A stretch of DNA of 64,000 nucleotides. Source: a virus. Lineage: Duplodnaviria > Caudoviricetes. The stretch lies in the IMG/VR virus record IMGVR_UViG_2675903055_000001, positions 1-64,000 of that record, one strand, 5' to 3'. The notes below the pieces were generated by a model. The model was not told the DNA's origin, searched no databases, and worked only from the letters and a program-made list of their open reading frames with translations. Made by a program: the position numbers and the translations under genes. Shown in pieces: positions 56,559 through 63,312 of the stretch (positions within the stretch are counted from its first letter, which is position 1; each line of letters begins with the position of its first letter).

Positions 56559-58076
56559 TCACTGGGTCTCCTGGGCGTCGAGGTGGCGGCGGATGGCGGA
56601 CGCCTTGGACTGGCCGACACCGAGCCCCGACTTGAGGGCGCGGATGCCCGCGGGCTTGCCGTGGGTACGGCGGTGCTCGGCGTCGAGTACGCGCGCCCGG
56701 TCGAGGAGGGCGTCCGTACCTGGGGGTGTACTCGGCGTACTCGGCTCGGGTACGGGCGCGTACTCGGCGGCCGGAGCCGGGGGCTCGTCGGGGTGCTCCG
56801 CCGGTGCGTCGTGGGTGGTGCTCTCGGGGAGCCGGGCGTGTACCTGGGTACGGGTACGGTCCGCGGCGAGTACGGGCTCCGGGTCCTGTACCTCGGGGTG
56901 TACCTCGGTGTCGGGTACGTCGGCGGGTACGGGTGTCTGTGCTGGTGGGGCCGCGGGTACGGCCTGTACCTCGGGTGCGGGTACGGCCTCGGGTGCGGGC
57001 GGTTCGACCGGGTCGGGTACGGCGGGGGTGGCCGTGTCCAGGCGTGGCGGATTGCCCGCCCGGGTGGCCATCCGCACCAGCGTCTCGGTGACGGGTACGC
57101 CGTACCCGGTGCACAGCGACGCGAGTCCGGCCGGGGTGCGATCCGGGTGCGCGGCGGCCACCCGGCGTACCGCATCGAACCGGTCGAGGCGCTTGAGTTC
57201 GGCCGTGGTGATGCCGTGCGGGGTACGCAGGTACGGGGCGGGTACAGCCTCGACGGTCCACAGCGACGGCAGGGGTACGTCCTTCAGCGCGGCGGCACCG
57301 CGCCGTGCGGCGAGGAGCTGCATGAGCTGGTGCCGCTGCTGACCGTTGACACCGACCTGCGCGCGGGCAACCGCGGCGGCGAGCCGCTTCTTCCCCCACG
57401 GGCCAAGGCGGTCGCGGGAGGCGAGGCGGACGGCGCGGGCGGTGGCACGGTCGCGGGTGATCTGCTCGGCGTCCCGGTCCCGGGTCGCGAGCCCCGCGTA
57501 GGACAGGACCCGCTCGCGCAACTCGCGTCCGACGACGGCCAGCAGCCCGGAGGCGAGGGCCTGCGGGCGGGCGATGCGAATCTCCAGCCCCATGGCGAGG
57601 TGCCACAGGATGCCGGCCATGACGGGCCCGATGACGGCGCGGACCGTGCCGCCGACGAGTCCGGACTCGGTGAGGGCGGGGATGACCTGGACGCCGGTGA
57701 TGACCCACACGAGGACGCCGGGCGTTCCCGAGGTGCCGGCCGTGGTGTCGGTGGTGGTGGCGCGTTTGTGGGCTCGGGCGAGGAGCGCGCAGGCGAGGAG
57801 CGCGATCTCCCCTGCGGCGAAGAAGAACAGCCGCTCGTTCTGGCTGTGCATGCCGAGCCGGTGCGCGGCGAACCGCCAGCTCGTGTCCGCGGTGTAGCCG
57901 GTGCAGGCGGCGGCGCCGATCGACGCGACGACGACGGACGCGGAGGGCCGGGCGGCGGCTCGCAGGCCGCGGACGATGAGCCACCCGGCGAGGACGAGCA
58001 GCCCGCAGACACCGACCGCGAGGACCGCAGCCGGGAGCGGGTTGGCCTGTGCCCAGTGGGCGGCGGGTGCGGTCAT
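56559..58076 (-). CDS. SpdB/DUF2637-like membrane protein with Pro-Val repeat linker and C-terminal HTH
   Basis: Four or five TM helices; GIRALKSGLGVGQSKASAI HTH. Confidence 0.7.
   Translation of the reverse strand: MTAPAAHWAQANPLPAAVLAVGVCGLLVLAGWLIVRGLRAAARPSASVVVASIGAAACTGYTADTSWRFAAHRLGMHSQNERLFFFAAGEIALLACALLARAHKRATTTDTTAGTSGTPGVLVWVITGVQVIPALTESGLVGGTVRAVIGPVMAGILWHLAMGLEIRIARPQALASGLLAVVGRELRERVLSYAGLATRDRDAEQITRDRATARAVRLASRDRLGPWGKKRLAAAVARAQVGVNGQQRHQLMQLLAARRGAAALKDVPLPSLWTVEAVPAPYLRTPHGITTAELKRLDRFDAVRRVAAAHPDRTPAGLASLCTGYGVPVTETLVRMATRAGNPPRLDTATPAVPDPVEPPAPEAVPAPEVQAVPAAPPAQTPVPADVPDTEVHPEVQDPEPVLAADRTRTQVHARLPESTTHDAPAEHPDEPPAPAAEYAPVPEPSTPSTPPGTDALLDRARVLDAEHRRTHGKPAGIRALKSGLGVGQSKASAIRRHLDAQETQ
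56663..57022. repeat. GGGTACGG 8-mer direct repeat cluster within coding sequence
   Basis: Exact copies at 56663, 56748, 56846, 56852, 56925, 56955, 56979, 57015; further GGGTACG copies up to about 57280. Confidence 0.7.
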
Positions 58077-58270
58077 CGTCGTCGTGCTCCCCTGCGGGAT
58101 CGTCGGATGCGGTGGTGGTGTGCGCGCCAGGAGGCGACCGCGGCGGCGCCCATGACGAGGACGCCGGGCCTGAAGTCGCCGAGCGCGGCGAGGAGGGCGA
58201 GGGCGGTGAACGTCCAGCGGGCGAGCGGCCCGCACAGTTCGTCCCGCAGCCGGGGGCGTAGGCGGGTCAC
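58073..58270 (-). CDS. Small membrane protein
   Basis: Two hydrophobic helices; GTGA overlap. Confidence 0.5.
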   Translation of the reverse strand: MTRLRPRLRDELCGPLARWTFTALALLAALGDFRPGVLVMGAAAVASWRAHHHRIRRSRRGARRR

Positions 58271-58419
58271 CGGGGCTCCGTCCGGGTGCCGAGCCGCTCC
58301 AGCATGTGGGCGAGGGCGATGGCGTCGCAGAGGCTGATGAGCGGTCCGTGGAGGCGCCATGTGAGGAGGTGCCACAGGAGTGCGGGGATGGCGGTGGTGG
58401 TGGGGTGTGGAAGGTTCAC
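58267..58419 (-). CDS. Small hypothetical protein
   Basis: MNLPHPTTTAIPALLWHLL... Confidence 0.45.
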   Translation of the reverse strand: MNLPHPTTTAIPALLWHLLTWRLHGPLISLCDAIALAHMLERLGTRTEPR

Positions 58420-58478
58420 GGTCGGCTCCGAGGCCGGGCCCGCCCTAGGGGTGGAGGCGGGCCCGGCCGGTTCGGGGG

Positions 58479-58679
58479 TTAGCTGCGTTGGCTGTTGCGT
58501 CGGATGTCGGCGTGCCGTTGGGCGTCGTCCCAGTCCTGGCCGGCGCGGAGCGCACGGTCCGCGCCGCCACCGGGCTTGCGGTGGTCGGCGCGGCGCCTGG
58601 CGGAGGCCCGGTCGGAGGCGGACTGCTTGCCGCTGTACTTGGTGTCGGCGAGTTCGCGGTCACTGCGGAAGAGAGCCAT
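58479..58679 (-). CDS. Small hypothetical protein
   Basis: MALFRSDRELADTKYSG; TGATG coupling. Confidence 0.6.
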   Translation of the reverse strand: MALFRSDRELADTKYSGKQSASDRASARRRADHRKPGGGADRALRAGQDWDDAQRHADIRRNSQRS

Positions 58680-58852
58680 CAGCCGGCCCGCCCCACGTGC
58701 TGACGCTGCTGCCCGTCGGTGCGGGGGTGGGCGCAGCAGTTGCGCCACGTTTGCCGGACGATGCCGTCTCCGGAGGTGTCCTCGACATAGCCGCCGCTGC
58801 CGTCGCACTGCTGCTCTTGGGTACCGGGCTCGGCCGGCTCGACGGCGGTCAC
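58679..58852 (-). CDS. Small Cys-containing protein
   Basis: CDGSGG...CC.H. Confidence 0.5.
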   Translation of the reverse strand: MTAVEPAEPGTQEQQCDGSGGYVEDTSGDGIVRQTWRNCCAHPRTDGQQRQHVGRAG

Positions 58853-59151
58853 AGCGTCACTCCCTCGTCGAGGGCGATCTGGATGCGGCGGTGGAGCAGG
58901 CGCGGCGGGGTCGGCTCGTGCGGGTTGCCGATCACCTTGAGGGCGGCCTCCACGTCGTCGCTCACGGCGGGCCCGTTGCTGCCGTGGATGCGGCGGGCGT
59001 GGAGGCCGAGGAGCAGCGGCACGTCGAGAACGCCGGGCCCACCGGCGCGGCTGATCGTGCCGTCGAGCCCGGTGAGGGTAGCGGTGAGGAGCTGGACGAC
59101 GCGTTGCGTCGGACTGTCGGGGTCGGCGTGGGTGCCGATAGCATCCGGCAT
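58849..59151 (-). CDS. Hypothetical protein, first gene of spread-like operon
   Basis: RBS AGGAGG at correct spacing. Confidence 0.6.
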   Translation of the reverse strand: MPDAIGTHADPDSPTQRVVQLLTATLTGLDGTISRAGGPGVLDVPLLLGLHARRIHGSNGPAVSDDVEAALKVIGNPHEPTPPRLLHRRIQIALDEGVTL

Positions 59152-59192
59152 GGTCATTCCTCCTGGTAGCGCAGGTAGGGGTGACTCCCGCG

Positions 59193-59297
59193 CCCGTGTG
59201 CGACCACGGGCCGGGGCTTGACGGTGCCCGGTGTGCGACCACCGGGCACCGTCGGTTTGGTGCGGCCCTGGTTCGTGTGCGACCACGAACCAGGGCC
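59193..59297. repeat. Three tandem hairpins with identical GTG-TGCGAC-CAC apex and different stems
   Basis: CCCGTG/CACGGG (59193-59210); ACGGTGCCCGGTG/CACCGGGCACCGT (59221-59252); GGCCCTGGTTCGTG/CACGAACCAGGGCC (59264-59297). Confidence 0.85.
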
Positions 59298-59331
59298 TTG
59301 TGCATTGGCAGCGTGGGCTGCTTGTCACCAA

Positions 59332-59349
59332 TGTATGGGCACCCATACA
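59332..59349. promoter_or_regulatory. Palindromic operator TGTATGGG-CA-CCCATACA in divergent promoter
   Basis: Perfect 8-bp arms between spread-like operon and HTH gene. Confidence 0.6.
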
Positions 59350-59383
59350 ATTAGGCAAGCGGCTCCCGAAGATGAGGAACGGG

Positions 59384-59695
59384 ATGACCGAAGAACCCAT
59401 CGACCAGGAGGCGCAGCGTGTGTTCGACGCTCTCGACGAAGTGGAAGCGATGACCGACCCGCTGGCCCGGGCGCGCGTGATCGGCTTGCTCCTGAAGGAC
59501 CAAGCGAAGCGCAACAAGAAGTTCCACGAGTACCGGCGGCAGGTCGTCCTCGAACTGCGCGAGCAGAAGGTGCCCTACCGCAAGATCGCCGAACAGTTGG
59601 GCGTGTCACTCGGCACGGTCCAAGACATCGAGCGTGGGGCAGGCCGCTGGACACAACGCCCGAGGAAGGACTCGCCGCAGGATGCACCCGAGTAG
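59384..59695 (+). CDS. HTH repressor (Kor-like role inferred)
   Basis: VPYRKIAEQLGVSLGTVQDIERG. Confidence 0.82.
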   Translation: MTEEPIDQEAQRVFDALDEVEAMTDPLARARVIGLLLKDQAKRNKKFHEYRRQVVLELREQKVPYRKIAEQLGVSLGTVQDIERGAGRWTQRPRKDSPQDAPE

Positions 59696-59737
59696 CAGCG
59701 GCCGGTTGGTTCGGCCTCGCCTCCGAGGAGACCACCG

Positions 59738-60274
59738 ATGAGCGCGTCAAGCGACTCCGCCGCCAAGCCCCGCCGTGCCGCTGTGTACCGCCTGTGGGAC
59801 TCCGAGGGCAACCTCTTGTACATCGGCTCGGCCTACGACCCGGACCACCGTTGCCAGGCCCACAGGCAACAACCTTGGTGGCCGGCAGTCACACGCCGCA
59901 CCGAAGAGTGGCACGCGGGGCGCCGCAACGCATACATCGCTGAGCTCGAAGCCATAGCGAAAGAACGTCCCACGCACAACTTGATGGGCACGCTGGAGTA
60001 CCAGACGCCCAGCACCGAAAAGGTTCAGCGCCGGAACGAGCTCGCACCTCTCCGAGGGCGTCTCACCCGAGAAGCTGACCTGCTGGCAGCGAGGGTGACT
60101 CGCGAGTCGCGAGCCGCGGGCGCCTCCAGTTACGAAGCAGAGCGGGCTGGCAAGCTGGCAGCGATCGACTTTCTGGAAGACACGGGCCTATTCGATGGAG
60201 CGGTCAAATGGCGGCGAAGGCAGGTGGCTTACGATGCGCGCCGCCACGAAGAGGAGCAGCGTGATGACAGCTGA
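59738..60274 (+). CDS. GIY-YIG nuclease domain protein (paralog of 6722-7168)
   Basis: AVYRLWDSEGNLLYIGSA...H..QPWW...E..AI..E.P.HN. Confidence 0.85.
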   Translation: MSASSDSAAKPRRAAVYRLWDSEGNLLYIGSAYDPDHRCQAHRQQPWWPAVTRRTEEWHAGRRNAYIAELEAIAKERPTHNLMGTLEYQTPSTEKVQRRNELAPLRGRLTREADLLAARVTRESRAAGASSYEAERAGKLAAIDFLEDTGLFDGAVKWRRRQVAYDARRHEEEQRDDS

Positions 60275-60395
60275 GGAGTCGGAGCCGGTCTACTGGTGGT
60301 GCAACTCGTGCGGCGAGGAGGTCCAGGACGAGACCGTCGAGTGCTGCGGTGACGGCGAGATCGTCCCCTCCTACGACGAGAGCGGTGCCCGATGA
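60264..60395 (+). CDS. Small Zn-ribbon protein
   Basis: WWCNSC...ECC. Confidence 0.5.
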   Translation: MTAEESEPVYWWCNSCGEEVQDETVECCGDGEIVPSYDESGAR

Positions 60396-60436
60396 CGGCG
60401 GACCACCCCGACTACCGCGAGGAGTGGCGGCCGTGA
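60392..60436 (+). pseudogene. 14-codon remnant of DUF6221-like C-terminus (MTADHPDYREEWRP)
   Basis: 35 bp identical (inverted) to 7479-7513; coupled by ATGA/GTGA overlaps. Confidence 0.6.
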
Positions 60437-60726
60437 GCGTGCAGGAGCTGACAGCCGAGCAGATGGCCGAGCTGCGCTGGCAGTTGAACAGCCGCCCCGT
60501 GCGGGCCCTCGGCACCATTGCGCGGGGTGAGCCTCTGCCGCCTCTGCCGCGCTGCCCTGGGTGTGGTGCGGTAGCCGAGCGCGTGGATGAGCGGCTTGAG
60601 GACCCGCAGTTCGGTGTGTATGAGACGGCGCTGCTGGCCCGGTGGCTGCCATGCGGCCACCGGTTCCGTGGGATCGTCGACCCGTTCGCGGAATCGGTGC
60701 GCCCGGGCGGGAGGTGGCGGCCGTGA
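60433..60726 (+). CDS. Small Zn-binding protein, paralog of 7939-8193
   Basis: PPLPRCPGC...LPCGHRF. Confidence 0.6.
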   Translation: MSVQELTAEQMAELRWQLNSRPVRALGTIARGEPLPPLPRCPGCGAVAERVDERLEDPQFGVYETALLARWLPCGHRFRGIVDPFAESVRPGGRWRP

Positions 60727-60986
60727 CTGCCCGGCCGCCGCTGGTCACGGACCACTGGTTCCGTGAAGGCCCGGTCCAGCCCGACGGCTCGGACGGCTAT
60801 TGGATCTGCGGCCGCTGTGGCCAGCACCGGGGCGACCATCTGCAAGTCGAAGGTGACTGGCTGCTGCCCCTGCACGCAGTCGTCCCCATGCGGATTCGGC
60901 CGAGGCACTGCAAGGCATGTGGCAGGGAGCGACGCCATACGACGCACACCCCGTGGAGGTGGGAGTCCTTGGGGGCCGCGGAGTGA
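60723..60986 (+). CDS. Small Zn-binding hypothetical protein
   Basis: CGRC..H..H; CKAC...H. Confidence 0.55.
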   Translation: MTARPPLVTDHWFREGPVQPDGSDGYWICGRCGQHRGDHLQVEGDWLLPLHAVVPMRIRPRHCKACGRERRHTTHTPWRWESLGAAE

Positions 60987-61092
60987 CCGGTCTCGTTCCG
61001 CGCCCGTCGGCGGAGTCGTCGGCCGGCTGGCCCGACCCCGGCGACGTGTGAGCGCCCCGCCCGGTTGGGCGGGGCGTCGTCGTGTGCGGCGG

Positions 61093-61344
61093 TCAGGCCA
61101 TTGGCTCGCCCGCCTGAGTCGTCGCTTCGATGGCGCGGACTTCCAGCGCGTCAGCGTTTCGGTCCAGGATCCGCGCGAACATCCCGATCGACACGTCTGG
61201 GTCGTCTTCGTTTCCGCGCATCACGATCGCCACGGAGCGGAGCAGGTCTACGACTGCCCATGTCGGGAGGAACGTCTCCCCCTGTTCGTTCAGGACGATG
61301 TCCATGTGGCTGGCTGTCGTCTCTGTCTGCTCTCCGTCGTCCAT
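61093..61344 (-). CDS. Hypothetical protein, paralog of 47188-47442
   Basis: ILDRNADALEVRAI. Confidence 0.65.
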   Translation of the reverse strand: MDDGEQTETTASHMDIVLNEQGETFLPTWAVVDLLRSVAIVMRGNEDDPDVSIGMFARILDRNADALEVRAIEATTQAGEPMA

Positions 61345-61444
61345 GTGCGCCCCCCTGTGTTGTGTTGGTACACGGTATGTGCGGTTCGTTGGGTTGGTGC
61401 GGGAGTTGCGCCAGCCCGGCCGGAGGGGGACGGCCGGGCGGGGG

Positions 61445-61639
61445 TCAGTGGTGGCGGCGGATGCGTGCGGCTTTGAGGGCGGCGAGTTCGGCTCGTGCCC
61501 GGTGGCCGGCGGCTTCCCGGTGAGCGGCTTGGGCGCGGCGGGCGTGCCGGCTGGTGTCGACCGCGCACCAGACAGCAGCCGCGGCCAGGGCGAGGGCGAC
61601 GAAGGCGAGAACGATGTCGGTCACGGTGGGGTCGGTCAT
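61445..61639 (-). CDS. Small membrane protein
   Basis: N-terminal TM helix. Confidence 0.55.
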   Translation of the reverse strand: MTDPTVTDIVLAFVALALAAAAVWCAVDTSRHARRAQAAHREAAGHRARAELAALKAARIRRHH

Positions 61640-61833
61640 GGCTGGCTCCTGTCGAGGTGGTGTGCGAGGTGTCCGCCGTACATGGCGAGAGCGGAGGCGA
61701 TCTGCTGGCCCCAGCCGTCGGGGTCGATGGGGCGGCCGGCAGCGTCCCATTCGGCGCCGAGGTCTTGGAGGGTGTTCCAGTAGGCGCGGCAGGAGTCACA
61801 GGCTGTGGTGATCTCCTGCCGCTCCCACGTCAC
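61636..61833 (-). CDS. Hypothetical protein
   Basis: CDSC; coupled. Confidence 0.5.
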   Translation of the reverse strand: MTWERQEITTACDSCRAYWNTLQDLGAEWDAAGRPIDPDGWGQQIASALAMYGGHLAHHLDRSQP

Positions 61834-62225
61834 GGCTGCTCCTGGTTGATGGTGCGGGCGACGGCGAGGGCGTGGGGGCCGCCACCGCCGCGGTGGCCCC
61901 ACTCGGCGAGGGTGTACGCCTCTTGCTGGGCCGCGTGCTCCAGCCAGTCGGCGAGGGCGAGGCCGATGCCGGGGTGCATGGCGGCGATGTAGGCGGCGTC
62001 GGCCCACACGTTGCGGGTCTCGTCCCACGATTCCTGGCTCATCGTCGGCAACCAGGCGCGGAGTTCGGTGTCGTTGCGCTCGCCGGACAGGACGGTCGCG
62101 GTGTGCCCGTACTGGCCGAGGTGGGTGTCGTGCTGGCGCCACGGGCCGGGGGTGGCGGCGGTGGCGAGCGCCCGCAGGCGTGCGGCGGCGGTGCGGAGTT
62201 CGTCGGCGGGGCTGGGGTCGGTCAC
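61830..62225 (-). CDS. Hypothetical protein (ATPGPW, ead/DUF6221-related motif)
   Basis: ELRTAAARLRALATAATPGPW...YIAAMHP. Confidence 0.65.
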   Translation of the reverse strand: MTDPSPADELRTAAARLRALATAATPGPWRQHDTHLGQYGHTATVLSGERNDTELRAWLPTMSQESWDETRNVWADAAYIAAMHPGIGLALADWLEHAAQQEAYTLAEWGHRGGGGPHALAVARTINQEQP

Positions 62226-63202
62226 GGCTGCTCCTCGATGCCGTGGCAGTCGCATCCGCAGGGGACACCGGTGAACTTGTTGTTGCGGCGACACCTGTCG
62301 TGGAGGTGGTCGGCCGCCGCCCGGAGTTCCTCGGCGTGTTCGGTGTGGACGTCGACTACGCGCTCGCACTCGCGGGCCGTCTCACATGCGGTGCTGGTGT
62401 ACGGCGGCACGTCGATCAGGCGGAGCAGGTGGTCGGGGAGCTGCTCGCGGGTGCTGCCGGGCGGGGGCGGGGTGAAGTCGTCGGTCACGGTCAGCTTCTT
62501 GGCGGGCTGGATGACGATGTCTTTGCCGAGGAGGCGGAAGACCTCGCGGATGGTGTCCAGGCTGAGCCCGTTGATCAGTTCGCCGATGGGCGTGGTGAGG
62601 TCGATGGGTACCCACGGGGCGGGTGGGGCTGCGTCGCGCCGCGTGCAGCGGCCGGCTCGGACGTGGCCGTCGGCGCACTCCTCGCCGCAGTGGGCGGCGG
62701 TTCGGGCGCACGGGGTCTGGCGGCAGGAGCAGTTGGCGCAGTGCTCGCAGAACGGCTGGTTCCGGTAGTTGTGGTAGACGATCTCTTCCGAGTCGCAGCC
62801 GACGCAGCGTTCGGCTAGCTGCCAGCGCGTGCCGTGGTCGTTGGCGTGGCTGCCGTAGTGGCCGGGGTGCAGCACGCACTCCTCACGAATGGCGCCGAAC
62901 GGGTCAGTGGGCGACAGATCGCCGCAGCGCTCGGGCGGTGGGTGCTGTTCGCGGGTGTGGCGTTTCAGTTCGGCGTGGCTGGTGGTGCGGAAGTCGGGGC
63001 AGTCCCAGCAGCCGTAGTTGACGGGTGTGGTCATGGTGGTCTCCGGGGTGGTGCGGAAGGTGTCGGGGGCGACAGTCGGTGTGAGGGTTTCGAGAGCCCG
63101 GTCGAGGCTGGCGAGCGTCTCGCGCTGCCGGGCGGGGTCGGTGAGTACTCGGCGGGCAAAGGCCCATCCGCAGCAGTCGGGGCTGGGGTTGGGGTTGGTC
63201 AT
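62222..63202 (-). CDS. Multi-zinc-finger hypothetical protein
   Basis: CxxC..H..H, CxxC repeats; RBS AAGGGA. Confidence 0.6.
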   Translation of the reverse strand: MTNPNPSPDCCGWAFARRVLTDPARQRETLASLDRALETLTPTVAPDTFRTTPETTMTTPVNYGCWDCPDFRTTSHAELKRHTREQHPPPERCGDLSPTDPFGAIREECVLHPGHYGSHANDHGTRWQLAERCVGCDSEEIVYHNYRNQPFCEHCANCSCRQTPCARTAAHCGEECADGHVRAGRCTRRDAAPPAPWVPIDLTTPIGELINGLSLDTIREVFRLLGKDIVIQPAKKLTVTDDFTPPPPGSTREQLPDHLLRLIDVPPYTSTACETARECERVVDVHTEHAEELRAAADHLHDRCRRNNKFTGVPCGCDCHGIEEQP

Positions 63203-63230
63203 CAGGTTCCCTTCAGCGTCGTGTGGGTTG

Positions 63231-63304
63231 TGCCCGAGGCCGGATTCGAACCGGCACTGAGCCGCTTTTAAGGCGGGCGCGTCTACCTGTTGCGCGACTC
63301 GGGC
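63231..63304 (-). tRNA. tRNA with UAA anticodon (Leu, bldA-type decoding), short variable loop
   Basis: GCCCGAG/CUCGGGC acceptor, A73, T arm GCCGG-UUCGAAU-CCGGC, anticodon loop CUUAAAA; no encoded CCA; C-C mismatch at top of anticodon stem. Confidence 0.8.
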
Positions 63305-63312
63305 GAAGGCGG

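Noticed and set aside
59193-59297. ANTAR dual-hairpin target or simple terminators
   Set aside because: The loops lack the A at position 1 typical of ANTAR hexaloops on either strand, no ANTAR protein was seen, and there are no U-tracts
63231-63304. tRNA as host attB/attR marking the prophage end
   Set aside because: It is flanked on both sides by co-oriented phage-type genes, and no duplicate 3' fragment was seen in the window
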